In this document: positions 50,711 to 64,000 of the stretch, one piece after another | Layout: every line of letters begins with the position of its first letter | Numbering within the stretch: position 1 is the stretch's first letter | Made by a program: the position numbers and the translations under genes | The notes under the pieces: generated by a model | Databases searched by the model: none | The model's input: the letters and a program-made list of their open reading frames with translations, nothing else | Told to the model about the DNA's origin: nothing | NCBI RefSeq assembly: GCF_006345805.1 | Contig: NC_043020.1 | Coordinates: 30,814,001 to 30,878,000, forward strand | Reading direction: 5' to 3' | DNA length: 64,000 bases | Origin: Octopus sinensis | Lineage: Eukaryota

Positions 50711-51237
50711 TCAACTCTGTCGGTCAGGAATGACCATGGGTGCACCCAAGAGGTTCCCCCCTGGGGTACAAGCCTGGGCAGAAAGTCGCCTCACCAGTGA
50801 ATGCACAATCTAGGGTTGTTTTAATGGAAGACCAGCAGCCATCCATGCATACCAACCTCCCCTCTCCATGCCACTGATGTTATGCAAGGCAAAGGCCAAT
50901 ACAGCTTGGCACCAGTGACTTCGCAATGGAACCGTCCAACCCATGCCAGCATGGAAAGAATATGTTAAACGACAATGAGGATATTCACTGCATCGGAAAT
51001 TTGCAAAGGCTCCATAACTACAGTCTCGGCCGTAATGTTGCAGCTCTAGTAATCCATAACAGCACTTACCTAGCGTACCTAATCGTTTAGATCACCTGTG
51101 AAATAAACCCCCATACTTTATATATATATATATATAATCATCATCATCGTTTAACGTCCGTTTTCCATGCTAGCATGGGTTGGATGGCTCGACCGGGGTC
51201 TGGAAGCCAGAAGGCTGCACCAGGCTCAAATTATATA

Positions 51238-51309
<72 letters not shown>

Positions 51310-51310
51310 G

Positions 51311-51355
<45 letters not shown>

Positions 51356-51404
51356 GTATATATGTATATATGTATATATATATATGTATATATGTATATA
51401 TATG

Positions 51405-51608
<204 letters not shown>

Positions 51609-51657
51609 AAACAAGTCAAAAATAGAAAATGCTAAGATAATTTTATAGTGAATCTTT

Positions 51658-51695
51658 CAGTACCGGTTTCGGTCATTTTGAGACCTTTTCAACTG
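51658..51695 (-). ncRNA. Minimal type I hammerhead ribozyme in the inverted pLTR copy
   Basis: Reverse strand reads cag-TTGAAAA-ggtc(tcaaaat)gacc-GAA-ACCGGT-A-ctg, with palindromic stem III ACCGGT. Confidence 0.8.
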
Positions 51696-51872
51696 TAACG
51701 ATTAAATAATTAAATTTAGAAAAATTAGAAGAAAAGTTTTTTTAAAAGAATATTTCTGTAGTTGTGTTCAGATATAAGTAGCATTCTGCCTTTCTCTGAC
51801 TCCCTTGTTTGCACTTGTGTGTACGAGGTCGTTTTGAGTTCTTGGTAGGATAGGTGAAGAATAAGGAGGCTG

Positions 51873-53279
51873 ATGTGGAGAGGGGGTGGGGAAATCTGGG
51901 AATGCCTTAATGGTCGTATTTTGGCTATTCTGGCTAGAGAATTCTGGCTAGAGAATCACGCCAACGAACTACCACACTGCATCAAAAAAGAATTTGTGAT
52001 AGAAGGGGTTAAATTCATCCTGGAAAATAACTTCTTCGCCTTCAATGACAACTTCTACCGACAAAAATCGGGGACTGCGATGGGTACACGAATGGCCCCC
52101 TCCTTTGCCAACCTAGTCATAGGATACCTAGAGATCAGTCTGTATCGTAAGGTTCTAGAAAGATATGGCAGCCCTTTCTCCATCTACATAGAAAACAACT
52201 GGAAGAGATATCTAGATGACTGTTTCATCCTTTGGCATAAAAATATAGAAAAACTCATAGAATTCCAGAAAATTTTAAACGGACTGGACGTAAACATCCA
52301 ATTCACGATGGAATATAGCCAACAACAACTCCCCTTCCTTGATATCCTCATTAAGAAAGCTAATAATATAATAGAAACAGACATATACTATAAGCCTACA
52401 GACTCTAAGCAATATCTTCCATTCAATTCATGCCACCCCAGACACACCAGGATGAATATCCCCTTCAATCTAGCAAAAAGGATATGCACTATAGTCTCTA
52501 ACGCAAACACCAGAGACACACGACTACAAGAACTAAAAGATACCCTTATCACCAGGAACTATCCACCTTCACTTATTGACAAGTGCATTCAACGTGCCCT
52601 TCAACTTAACATCAAGGAACTGAGACATCCCAAGTCAAAGAAAAACTTACAACCAAAAGCCTTAACATACATCTCCACACACAACCCTCTCAATAACGAA
52701 GCCTTCGACACCATCCTCCACAACATACCCCTCCTAAAAAAAGACCACAGAATGAACACAATCCTCCAAACACACACGATCATAAAAAGCAAAAGACAGC
52801 CTAGATCCATGAAAAGTCTCCTAACACAAGCCCGAATTCACTCTTCAACACAGAAGCCGACAGTAAAAAAATGTGGAAGACCCAATTGCGGGATATGCGA
52901 CTATCTAATTGAGGGATCAGAGTTCTCCTTCAAACAGGGACAACGGTTTACAGTGAAAAGCAACTTCACATGTGCTTCGGAGAACCTAATATACTCACTA
53001 ACCTGCTCCGGGTGTCAAGAGCAGTACATAGGCCAAACAAAAAATGGTTTGTGTAAACGAATGGCCCTGCACAGATCCCATATAAAAATTCCCCAAAACA
53101 GAAAAATAGCTTTTAGCCAACACATAGATACTTGCGCCAACAAAAAAACACCAAACTTCAGAATTTTCCCCCTCTACCAATTTAGGGACGATACAACCTC
53201 GAGACAACGAATAAGTAAAGAAAATCTCTTTATTACAAAATACAAGCCACTTCTTAACGGGTCTACGACAAACAATTAA
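51873..53279 (+). CDS. Penelope-like RT (C-terminal half) + Zn knuckle + GIY-YIG endonuclease; N-terminally truncated, with the ATG supplied by the inverted pLTR
   Basis: QKSGTAMGTRMAPSFANL, WKRYLDD, LPFLDI, YYKPTD..QYL...SCHP, CGRPNCGIC, LIY.LTC..C...YIGQT...KR...H. 468 codons uninterrupted. Confidence 0.93.
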   Translation: MWRGGGEIWECLNGRILAILAREFWLENHANELPHCIKKEFVIEGVKFILENNFFAFNDNFYRQKSGTAMGTRMAPSFANLVIGYLEISLYRKVLERYGSPFSIYIENNWKRYLDDCFILWHKNIEKLIEFQKILNGLDVNIQFTMEYSQQQLPFLDILIKKANNIIETDIYYKPTDSKQYLPFNSCHPRHTRMNIPFNLAKRICTIVSNANTRDTRLQELKDTLITRNYPPSLIDKCIQRALQLNIKELRHPKSKKNLQPKALTYISTHNPLNNEAFDTILHNIPLLKKDHRMNTILQTHTIIKSKRQPRSMKSLLTQARIHSSTQKPTVKKCGRPNCGICDYLIEGSEFSFKQGQRFTVKSNFTCASENLIYSLTCSGCQEQYIGQTKNGLCKRMALHRSHIKIPQNRKIAFSQHIDTCANKKTPNFRIFPLYQFRDDTTSRQRISKENLFITKYKPLLNGSTTNN

Positions 53280-53874
53280 TATACCTCAACTTTAGAATAA
53301 AAGAAATATATACACACACAAATATTACACTCCATAGAATCCATTACTAATCAGCCCCATCACAGCTATACTTACACCCATTCATATTCTCCCTTCTCTG
53401 TTTTTTTCTTCTTCTTCTTCCTCTTCTTCTTCATCATCATCATCATCATCATCGTCGTCATCATCATCACCACCATCTTCTTCTTCTTCTTCTTCATCAT
53501 CATCAACATCGTCATCTTCTTCTTCTTCTACTTCTCCACCTTCCACCCCTTAACCTTGTCACTAATGTCTTTCAGTATAACGCCTACGCAAATTCCATAA
53601 ACAATTCCTGAATTGAACTGCGACTACTGTCAGCCACTGACCATTCAAAATACGACCATTAAGGCATTCCCAGATTTCCCCACCCCCTCTCCACATCAGC
53701 CTCCTTATTCTTCACCTATCCTACCAAGAACTCAAAACGACCCCGAACACACAAGTGCAAACAAGGGAGTCAGAGAAAGGCAGAATGCTACTTATATCTG
53801 AACACTACTACAGAAATATTCTTTTAAAAAAAACTTTTCTTCTAATTTTTCTAAATTTAATTATTTAATCGTTA

Positions 53875-53912
53875 CAGTTGAAAAGGTCTCAAAATGACCG
53901 AAACTGGTACTG
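53875..53912 (+). ncRNA. Minimal type I hammerhead ribozyme in the Penelope pLTR (U3-A8 variant)
   Basis: cag-TTGAAAA-ggtc(tcaaaat)gacc-GAAA-ctgg-TA-ctg. Confidence 0.8.
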
Positions 53913-53994
53913 AAAGATTCACTATAAAATTATCTTAGCATTTTCTATTTTTGACTTGTTTTTTCATATATATCAACTCGTGTGTTCCTTTCCA

Positions 53995-54032
<38 letters not shown>

Positions 54033-54056
54033 TGTATATTATACTTATATTATATA

Positions 54057-55303
54057 CCGTAAAAACCCATGTAATTTGCACACCTGTGTAATCACCTGTG
54101 TGATTTTCAGGATAAAAGTTGTAAAAAAAAGCTTGTATCCATGTACAATTTGCACCCAAAAGTTTTCAGAATTGCCAATATAGCCAGGGGGAAAAGGTTT
54201 TCAATTTAGTTGTATTTAGCATAATTTCACTTATGATTAGATTTTATCAAATTTTCAATAAATTAAAATAATTTCTGTTTAACAGTTTCACATTGAAAGC
54301 TATTACATTACAAAATGTTTGTGTTGTTTATAATAAACTTTATTTTACATTTCTTGTCCAAAAGAGATTAAGTTCGATCTTTTAGTATACTGCTCCATGT
54401 TTTCTCAAATCACAATCACAGGAAAAGTTGTTGATAAGAATTGCTAACAAAAACAATGCTGATAAATACACACAGGTGTTGCAAATTAAGTTTAATCACC
54501 AATAAACATCGGTTTTGATGACACTTTACTCAACCAACAGAAGAAGGTAACCGATCAAACTGATTATGTAAACAGAATTCTATAGAAATTTTAATCCCTT
54601 TCACACTTGTAAAATGTTAAGCAAACTTTAAAATTTCTTATTACCATTATTGTCAGTATGGGCAGAACTTACGAATCGTTTACTGCAAAGGAGAAATTAA
54701 ATATGTTGAATAAGCATTTGAATATGAGAATAGAGCTGCTGGAAGGCATTTTAATGTTAATGAAGCCAATGTTTGAAATTGGCATAAGCAGTATAACAAA
54801 TTGAAAACTGTGCCTAGTAATAAACAGACAAAAATAACAATATACAACCAAGATTATCCACATCATTACAGTTTTTGCAGTCAGGAATATCCAGATCACT
54901 AAGTATGTCAGTGGTGATGTATTGCGATAGGTAGAAACTCCAAGCAATGTAAAATATGGTCTGGACCATGTTTACCAGAATGATCATCAAACTTCAAAAA
55001 GTAGTTAAGCATTTAACAGTTTTAGTAAATTTATATAGAAAAAGTAGGCATTATACCATCCAGCATAAATAAAAGTCAACTTCATTTTATTTAAGCCATT
55101 ATTTTTTTCTGTAAAAAACCTATTCTGGCATTAAATGAATCAACTTCTTGTATGAATGTTTATATTTTGTACGTCTTTGATCAACAAAAAAATTTTCAAA
55201 GAAATTCTGGAAACAATCTACTCATGTAATTTACGCACCCCCTAAAGTTTATTGTTTTTTTATTTTTGTGAAAAAAAGTGTGTAAATTACATGGGTTTTT
55301 ACG

Positions 55304-55304
<1 letters not shown>
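54057..55304. mobile_element. Non-autonomous TIR DNA transposon (TA-target type)
   Basis: TIRs ccgtaaaaacccatgtaatttgcacac / gtgtgtaaattacatgggtttttacgg. AT-rich non-coding interior. Confidence 0.85.
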
Positions 55305-55338
<34 letters not shown>

Positions 55339-55989
55339 CATACGACAATAGAGAAAGCTGCTTACTAATTAGGTATGTAACAATTATCAAAACTATTAAA
55401 TGAAAGCAATATTAAAAGCTTGACTGTCAGGAAATGTTTTTATAAATTCATATTCTAAGAAATTGCTTATAATTTCAATTTCTGAAGTTTATTGAATTTT
55501 TAAATTCTGCATTCACTGTGCTCAATTCTCCATACGTTTAAATATTTATTGCATTCAAAGCAGGCAACATTTTATGATTTTATTTGCAACAGTCTCTCAT
55601 TCTTATTCACCCCTATTTTCATTAACGATAATTTAATAAAAGCTATACAACTTTGATACAAGACACAATTTCAAGAATCTTATCAGTTTCTAGAGTTTGT
55701 TAAATGAATATTTTTTATAAAAGGGAAATTCTTTAATATACCGGTATAATTTTTTTGTTTTAAATGAAGAAGTGATTTTGTTGGTAAAAGCCTTACAATA
55801 ATAACTATGTGATCACTGCTATTTCTAGCATGCTAAACAAGATAGTTTTTAACGAGCTTTTGTTTACATATAATATGCAACTGAAAAAGAAAATTTAGCA
55901 GCAAAGGCATAATGGCAGAGAGAAAGATGGCCAACTGAATCAAGGCAAAGCAACTGAAACAGATGCCTGAATATGCATGGAGATGTAGA

Positions 55990-56705
55990 CCTGAATCTGT
56001 TTCCACTACACATGACAGACTGGTTGGAGAGTATCTCGAGAGGAGAATATTCTACTTCAAAATAATGGTGTCAGATCACAATTTGTTGATGCAACACTAA
56101 AGAGACCTTTTCTTTGCGATCATGTGGAAGTAGTGGAGTTGACAACCAATCTAAGACTTCTTACAAATGGTCATTCTGATGAAAGAGAGTTTGCTAATTA
56201 CCTTCTTGATATAGGAAATGGTAATGTTTTTGTTGAACAAAGCCTAAGTGAATTCAAAATCAAACTACCCAATGACCCTTGCCTTGAAAGTGGTACTCTT
56301 TCAGATCTATGTGATTTTGTATATGCTGACCTCAAAAGAAACTTTGCAAACCCTGTGTGGCTTGCAAATCAAACCATCATGACACAACAAATGAAGCAGC
56401 ACAATTTGTGAATGATTTTCTGTTGACCATGATCCCTGGTGAGCTAAAAATTTACAGAAGTTCAGATACACTTGAAAATGAAACTCTGTAGCCAATTGAG
56501 TTCATCAACAAACTAACACCATCAGGCTTTCCACTACACATTCACAAACTGAATGAAAAAAATGATGCATAATGCTTCTGAGAAATTTACATGTTACTAA
56601 TGGACATTGCAGTGGCACACACTACATCATTGTCAGTTTACATGATCATGTTATTGAGGTTGCTTCTGGTCCCTATGCAGGATCAGCTCTGCTAATCTCA
56701 GGAAT
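55990..56705 (+). mobile_element. Helitron PIF1-like helicase remnant
   Basis: LTTNLRL...EREFANYLLDIGNG, EFINKLTPSGFPLH and MLLRNL...GHCSGT match Helitron helicase motifs; frameshifted. Confidence 0.8.
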
Positions 56706-56779
56706 ATATATACGTATGCAGCCTCACCCTCATATACACCTAGGTGCTTACATGCATACACGTAATACACACATATATA

Positions 56780-56828
<49 letters not shown>

Positions 56829-57099
56829 TAACACATATTCACACTCTTGCTTACACACACCCGCACATATACAAACACATGCATATCCATATAAGTGAAG
56901 GGGGCATGTGCACATGAAAATCGCACATATGCACCGGAAGGCATTCACTCATATGCATACATATACACACACAAATACATGCATATTATACATACATACA
57001 CACACACACATATAAAAAGGGAAAAATATATATAAAAAACAAAAATGAAAATAAAAAATAAGTTTAAAATTAAAAATTTATGCGAGTTAAAATGTATGG

Positions 57100-58255
57100 A
57101 AAAGTTTGAGCAGGAACATAGTAGAAATGTGAACTCTAGCTGTGATCTTGTAGGGTCCAAAACTGTAACAGGTAAAGAGTTCAGTTCTTGAATTTAAACA
57201 TGTAGCAGGGTCTAAGGAACTTTTCCAGATGAGCCATCTTTCCATGTTAGAAAGACTGCATTTGCTACTACCTTTGGTATAAGGGTTACACTTGGCTAAG
57301 CTCTTCCAGTAAATACTGTAGTTGATACCTTGTTCTTTTAAGAGCCATATATAACTAGATAACTTGGTAGTTTTTGTTTATTCCAATGCCTGAAGCTTAA
57401 GGTGTGATTGTTAAATCTTGCTTTAAAATTTCCCTCTATGAAACCCATATATCTTTTGGGTGAAACTGTATTATTAGTGTTAGTGGAATTTACAGTAGCC
57501 TCATAAATAATGACCTCAGTTATGCAGACTCATTTAGTGGGCACAGGTCTCTATTCCTGCAGGAACAACCGGTTTCGTGGTGTTGTATTGTTTGTTTGTG
57601 ATTATGCATTTAAAATTTGGTGTGGAACTAAAAGTAATTTTTAGGTTATACCTATTAAAGAGTTTTCTATATTTGTGATGTATAGGAAAATGTCTATCTA
57701 GAAGTGACAAGAAATATTTACCTATATTAAAGGTCACTTTGGGGGAGTTAGGGGATGTGAACCAGATAATTTCCCTGTGTTTATGTTTCCTTTTCTTTAT
57801 TTCTGGTCTAATAGTAGGGGTGTAACCTCTATTTCCTCTTTAAATCCACTGGCTTTAAGGGCATTGTTATATAGGGGAGGGGATGCAGCATTATTAAATA
57901 TGTTTATATTGGAGGAGAGGCTAGAAATTCTCCTACTAATGTTCATAACTAAATTCTTAATCCCTATAGGGGTGGCAGGAACTTACATTAATATAACTAA
58001 GTCTATCATTAGGCTTTCTATAGGGTTTGTAAATATTCTCTTGCAAATCTAGAGATACAACAAGGAAATCGACAACTGTCAGGTTGGTATCTAAAGCTAT
58101 CTTAAGATCGATTGAATGTGTTCATAAGTTGGATAATATCCTTCCTTAAACGATCTTGCGCTGGTCCATTGGCATTCTTAGTTAAAGCTAGAGCATTGTC
58201 CCTATAAATAGCAAAATATACATCAGGAAAGGTTTTTCCTGACATGTTGAGCAGC
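57100..58255 (-). mobile_element. Decayed Penelope-like element of a different clade
   Basis: Reverse strand gives YRDNAL (from YRDD), NIGKYFLSLLDRHFPIHHKYRKLFNRYNLKITFSS and GIY-YIG remnants (YMGF...FKARFNNH). Confidence 0.8.
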
Positions 58256-58315
58256 AATATATATATGGTATTATATTTGAGAAGAATAACATGGAATAAC
58301 CTAACGATATGTCTA

Positions 58316-58408
58316 TTTTACTCCTCTGATGAGATTTTACCCAATAAAATGTTTTAATTACTAAAATTTAATTCTTTTGGGCAAAATTGAAATACCTGTA
58401 AGTGAACA
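58316..58408 (+). ncRNA. Type I hammerhead-like motif with a long stem II
   Basis: CTGATGA (58326-58332), gattttacccaa/ttgggcaaaatt stem II, GAAA (58389-58392), tacctg-TA. Stem I is short and bulged. Confidence 0.6.
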
Positions 58409-58487
58409 TGTCGAATTTTTGCAGCTAATAAATTATATTAAAGCTACATCTCCAATTTGTGGATTTTAATTTGTGTGTGTGCGTGTG

Positions 58488-58518
<31 letters not shown>

Positions 58519-60399
58519 GCCAACATAACATGGCAGTCCTGCAAAGGATAATATTACTGTTGAAAACCTCTTTTCCAGCTGGCTAACAACACAGTTTGTG
58601 TCCATATTTCGCATTGGCAAGGGAGGCCATCACTCCCATCTCTAGCCTTATGTGATACTCACACACCTAGCTTTCTGGATATTATCTGTCGTCAGTGTGA
58701 GACAATCACCAGCTACTAAATCACTAGAACTGAAACTAGCAACACTATTATAAATACCTACAGAATTTATTTCCTTCTTTCAAGCTATTTACTGTATTTC
58801 CTATTTATAAATCATTAACAGTGTTATGTTCACTATGCTTAGCTTAATTAACAATTATTTAATGATTAGTATTTCAACAGGACAGCATTACTAGATTATC
58901 CTTATTTATGGTTATTAGAGGCTTTTGTACAAGTAGCATGATGTGGTAAACAACAGCATTATTATTGTAAATATATTATAAATAAATATCAAAATTGTTA
59001 TAGTCACAAGTCTTATTCATTCTTTGTTGTTTGCTTTTATTGCTTATTTCTAGTGTTTTGCTGAAGGTGGCAAACTGACAGAACTGTTAGCACATTAGAG
59101 AAAGTGCTTAGCAGCATTTTTTCTGGCTTTGTGTTCTGAGTTCAAATTCGACTGAGGTTGACTTTGTCTTTTATCCCTTCAGGGTTGATGAAAATAAGTA
59201 CCAGCTGAACACTGGAAGGATTGATGTAACTGACTTGTCCCTTTCCTCAAAATTTCAAGCCTCGAGCCTATAGCAGAAAGGATTATTAGAGTTTTGTTTA
59301 ATGTGACTATAATCATAATTATTAGTAGTGGTATTGTTACTGTAATTAATATGGTTTATAATAATTTTCACTATCATAAACGTATTAGTACTAATTCCAT
59401 GAAAACGATAAACAATTTTCATAAATACAGGAATCTATGCCAACCCAAGTTTATTCTTGTCTCACAAACAACATGGCTGAAGTCATTCCATAATAACCTA
59501 CATTTACAGAGTTCTAGGTTCCTGTAGACTAACAAACCAACTCTAATTTGATTAGCTGTCACTAAAACTGCAATTACAACTTTATCTACATCCTTCCTCT
59601 CCAAGTTCCACAATCTGAAGAATGAACTTTGAAAAATGTATGGTTTGTGTGGGGAGGCATAGGCATGGCTGTGAGATTAAGAAGTTCACTTGGCAACCAT
59701 ATGGTTCCAGGTTCAGTCCCACTGTGTGGCACCTCGGGCAAATGTTTTATACTATAGATCTAGGTCAACCAGTGCCTTGTGAGTGAATTTGGTAGACAGA
59801 AACTGTGTGGTAATCATCTATTCATTCATTCATGCACACACATATGTCTGTGTGTGTGTCTGTTTGTCCCTTGTCCCCCACCACTTTATAACTGGTGTGC
59901 TTTGTTTACATCCCTCTAATGAATCAATTCAGGAAAAGTGTCTGATAAATTAATTACCAAACTTAAAATTTCTTCTTTCACAAAACCCTTCAAGGCGGAG
60001 CCCAAGCGCAGCCACAGGCCAATGACTCAACCAATTAAATGGTAAAAGATTCTCTTATCCAAATGTCAATCCAGATACTCCCAGTTCAAGCTGATTACTA
60101 GGAAACTTAGTGAAATTATTAACATTTCGTTTAATCTCTTTTTTTTTTTTTGTAATTTAAGGAGGATTTTCTCAAATTTTCTGATTTTTTTACCTTTGAT
60201 TTGAAAGTGCACCAAACTTGTTCTAGATGTGTTGATAGTTCTTTTAGGGGTTATTTGAGCATGCTTTTCTGTCTTCCTTTTTTTTTGGTGGGGGGGACTT
60301 TCATTGCCAACTCTGAATAAGACTTGTTATACTCAATGAAACAGATTATCACTGATAGAACTAAACATTTAAATAATAATAATAATAATAATAATAATA

Positions 60400-60660
60400 G
60401 AAGATAATGTAAATCATTGTTGGGTCCTTGGGGACAGTATCAGAACGCATCAAGAGGAATATAAAGGAAATCGCAATAGAGTGCCCAGTAGAACTGTTAC
60501 AAAATGTCCTTGGTATGGTGAGAATAATAGGGAAAGTGTAATCCCAAAAGTATTGGCTAGATGAAAAGAACACAGAGCATGGTACCATAGGCTGCGAGCA
60601 ACAAGCCTGCTATGCTTGCAAGACTCCAAGAGTTCCTACAAAACCTGAGATAAAAAGAAA
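60400..60660 (+). mobile_element. 3' end of an R4/Dong-clade non-LTR retrotransposon inserted in (TAA)n
   Basis: IIVGSLGTVSERIKRNIKEIAIECPVELLQ...LGMVRIIGKV* matches the R4/Dong C-terminus. (TAA)n on both sides. Confidence 0.75.
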
Positions 60661-62954
60661 TAATAATAATCCTTTCTACTATAGGCACAAGACCTGAAAT
60701 TTTGGGGGAGGGGAATAGTCGATAACCTTGACCCCCAGTATTTGACTGGCACTTAATTTATCAACCTTGAAAGGATGAAAGGCAAAACTGACTTCAGACT
60801 CAGAATGTAGTCACAGCACACTGGACGAAATGCTAAGCGGTATTTTGTCTAATGATTCTGCTAGCCTGTTGCCTTAACAATAATAATAATAATGGTTTCA
60901 AATTTTTCCACAAAGGCAACCATTTTGGGGGAGGGGATAAGTTAAATTACATGGACCTCCCCCCAGTATACTTAATACATCGACTCCAAAAGGATGAAAG
61001 GCAAAGTTGTAGTGCTGGGCGAAATAACACTAAGCATTTCATCCGGTGTGCTAATGATTCTGCCAGCTCTCCACTTTAATAATGATAATAACGATCCTTT
61101 CTACTATTATAGGCACAAGGCCTGAAATTTAATTTTTTTTTTTTGGGGGGGGGGGTAGTTGATTACATTGACACTAGCGCTCAACTGGTACTTAATTTAT
61201 TGACCCCGGAAGGAGGAAAGGCACAAGCATACAGACACTCACACATACATGTATATACAGTAGGTTGCTTTCAATTTACATCTACCAAATCTACTCACAA
61301 GGCTTTGGTCAACCTAGAGCTAAGGCAGAAGACACACCCCCAAAGTCCCATGGAGGGAACTGAACCTGAATTCATGTGACTGGGAAGCAAAATAAGTTAA
61401 AAAAAAGAAAAAAAGCAAACATCCAAATTCCTATTTTCTTAAGTATCCTGAGTCTAACATCAGTTGGAAGAAATCTTCAGTGTAATTAAAGAGGGTTTTG
61501 TTTAACAAGGAATGCATTACAAATTAATGTAAAACCCCTTGCATTTATGTGGTGCAGTAGTACTATTTATGGTTGTTGTTACACTGTTGTTGCTAGATAA
61601 ATGGAGATAAAGACAACAAAATAGGGTACCTGAGAATATTACACAAGTTGAAATCCACTTCTCAGCTGCAAACTGGCACTCATGATAACATCATTGTTGA
61701 CTGGCTGCAGTTGGATATAGTAAGCACAACATTTTTACCCCACTTGCTGCTTTATGGAGTGTGTCAAGATGTCAATTTCTGAAAATAAAATAATTTAATA
61801 TTAATTATATCATCATCATCATAATAATAATCATCATTAATGTTTCCACTTGCATTTTTCATGCTTACATGAGTCAGATGAAATTTATTGAAAAAGATTT
61901 TTTATGGCTGGATGCTCTTCCTGTCACCAGTCTTTACCTATTTCCAAGCAAAGCTACATCTTTACTTAGTCCAGATATGTATTCATGGAAGAGTGCAAAC
62001 AAACAACACTGCTTGTATGATGGTACATCTGTTGACAATTTGTGCAGGAGATTGAGACAAGGACACATGCACACACTTGATAAGTTCCTTTAGTTTCCAC
62101 CTGGTTCTCAAACAGGGTCCATATAAAATGGCAGGAGGAACACAAGAAGAATAATAAACTGAGTTCATGAAAATTTTTTACTGCAAGAAGTAGCTATGGT
62201 TCTTTCTATGATGTTTTGTATAGTTCAGCTTACACAAGTGAATGTAAGATAGACAAAATAGGAATTTTGAAAGAAGTATCTATAAAACTAGATTTTAAAC
62301 ATAAAATGGCTGTGTGGGTCCACCAGAGTAAAATAGTAATTAAAGGGGTCATAGATAAAATGTGCTTGAGAATCACTTTGCTAAATTCACTCACAAGATT
62401 TTGACTGACCAAGGGCTGTAAATAGAAGATGCTTTCTTAAAGTGTCACACAATGAGACTGAACTCAATGCCATGAGATTTTGAAGTAAGCATCTTAACAA
62501 TACAACCAAGTCCGTACACCTACATCTGTCGATACTTCCTGTCAACAAATCATCCACAAGCTCTACACTTTAGAAAATACAATCCCTTAAAAAACGTGCA
62601 AGTGACAGGATGAGCATCCAGCTGTAAAACCCCTGCCTAAATTTCCTGCTATCTAAGCTAGCGTAACATGGGGAAGTAGACATTAGAACAAGCCACCTGA
62701 AGCTCCATCCTTGTGGATAAAAGACAAAGGAAGAAAACAAGGATAGTACGATCAACTCTGATCAACCTCCTTTGCTCTGCAGCCTCTATGGTCTGTTTGT
62801 TCCGATGTGCACGTGTTAGGCATTAACAAGCCTGCAACAGACATGGCCACTCCCCTCCATAAATCTTTGCTCATGAAGCCAAACCAAGAATGATATATAT
62901 CTATATATATATATATATATATCTATATATATATATATATCTATATATACATAT

Positions 62955-63315
62955 AGAAAATATTTCTCCAGCATTCACTATTTTACCCTTGTTCTGGTCT
63001 AATGACCCTCCATGCTTGTTGACATTCGGTTTCCTTGTATGTCTCCACTATCCTGGTTTTGTTCCAAACTTTGACCTTCCAAAAATTCCAAATTATATTT
63101 TGGTACTTATGCTAGCAACTGTCTTCGAAGACTCATGTTGTCGTCCAGTGCTTGAAATGATGAGTAGATAGACAGCCGACAACCGATGAAGGGCTGTTCT
63201 ATATGTTACTTGTCCTGTTTTCCTTTTGTTTCTCTCAGTGTTTGCATATTGAACTTATTTGTTTTCGTATTTCATGTTGTTTACTGTTGGTGATGTCCTG
63301 TACCCAATATGCATG
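62955..63315 (+). repeat. pLTR-like repeat fragment with decayed hammerhead-like motifs
   Basis: Microsatellite-flanked. Contains actcat-g-ttgtcg ... GAAAtgatgagt ... cgacaa-CCGATGA-aggg. Confidence 0.4.
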
Positions 63316-64000
63316 TGTGTGTGTGCTATCTATCTATCTAGCTATCTCTCTCTCTTCTATGTGTATATATATATATATATATATAGTTTACTGTACAAAA
63401 AGTGTACTCCACCTGGTGAGAGATGAATATGATTTAATAAACACATGTTTTTATGTACTATGGTTACTATTAGTCTCATGTGATGAAAACATGCCAGAAA
63501 TGCTTTAAAATGTTGCCTGACACGCTTTCATTGCACGAAACTAATAGTAGCACATAGAAACATATATTGTGTTTATTAAATAATATCTGTGTATGTGCGT
63601 GCGCATATTACACACACGCACATGAGAGAAAGCAGGAATACTAGATATGGCAACCTCAAAAGAAAGAAAGAACTCAATACAAATGTATAAATCTATATCA
63701 AGAAAATTAAAGATCCAATTCTCAAAGTGACTGACCAATTTATTCCTATTTGGAAAGTCTGAAAACTTCCAACAGGAGGAATGTCTGCCTGTAGAAAATC
63801 TGCTTTAATAAACTACACTTAACCCATGCAAGAATGGGAAAAGCAGATGTTAAAACAATGACGATGATGATGATATACACACATACAACAGGCTTCTTTC
63901 AGTTCAAATTGACTAAGAGCTGTTTTCCCTAAAATAATACAGGCAGTCCCATACTAAATTTGCAAGAAATTAGCACACACAAATATTTTAACATAATTCC

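Noticed and set aside
51873-53279. Domesticated host gene or complete autonomous Penelope ORF
   Set aside because: The N-terminal RT motifs are missing and the ATG lies within the inverted pLTR, so this is a 5'-truncated insertion.

Overview
Eukaryotic, AT-rich and very repeat-dense DNA. The SINE and RTE families and the long (TA)n arrays look like an octopod cephalopod genome (inference). The only host gene I can support is a minus-strand, multi-exon Siah/sina E3 ubiquitin ligase: five phase-consistent coding exons from 33664 to the stop at 16831, plus a probable extra upstream exon. The rest is mostly mobile DNA: tRNA-derived SINEs, RTE LINEs, Hero-like and R4/Dong-like RLE fragments, mariner/hAT/TTAA elements, a Helitron remnant, a decayed Gypsy element, a young non-autonomous LTR element with a tRNA-Leu PBS and an unusual long ORF, Penelope-like elements and a 5S rRNA pseudogene. 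The most notable signal is a set of hammerhead-ribozyme motifs. These include a U3-A8 covariant with a palindromic stem III in the Penelope pLTRs, and a candidate non-circularly permuted hammerhead in the 151-bp direct repeats of an 800-bp-period non-coding element. All structure calls are from manual reading and are untested.
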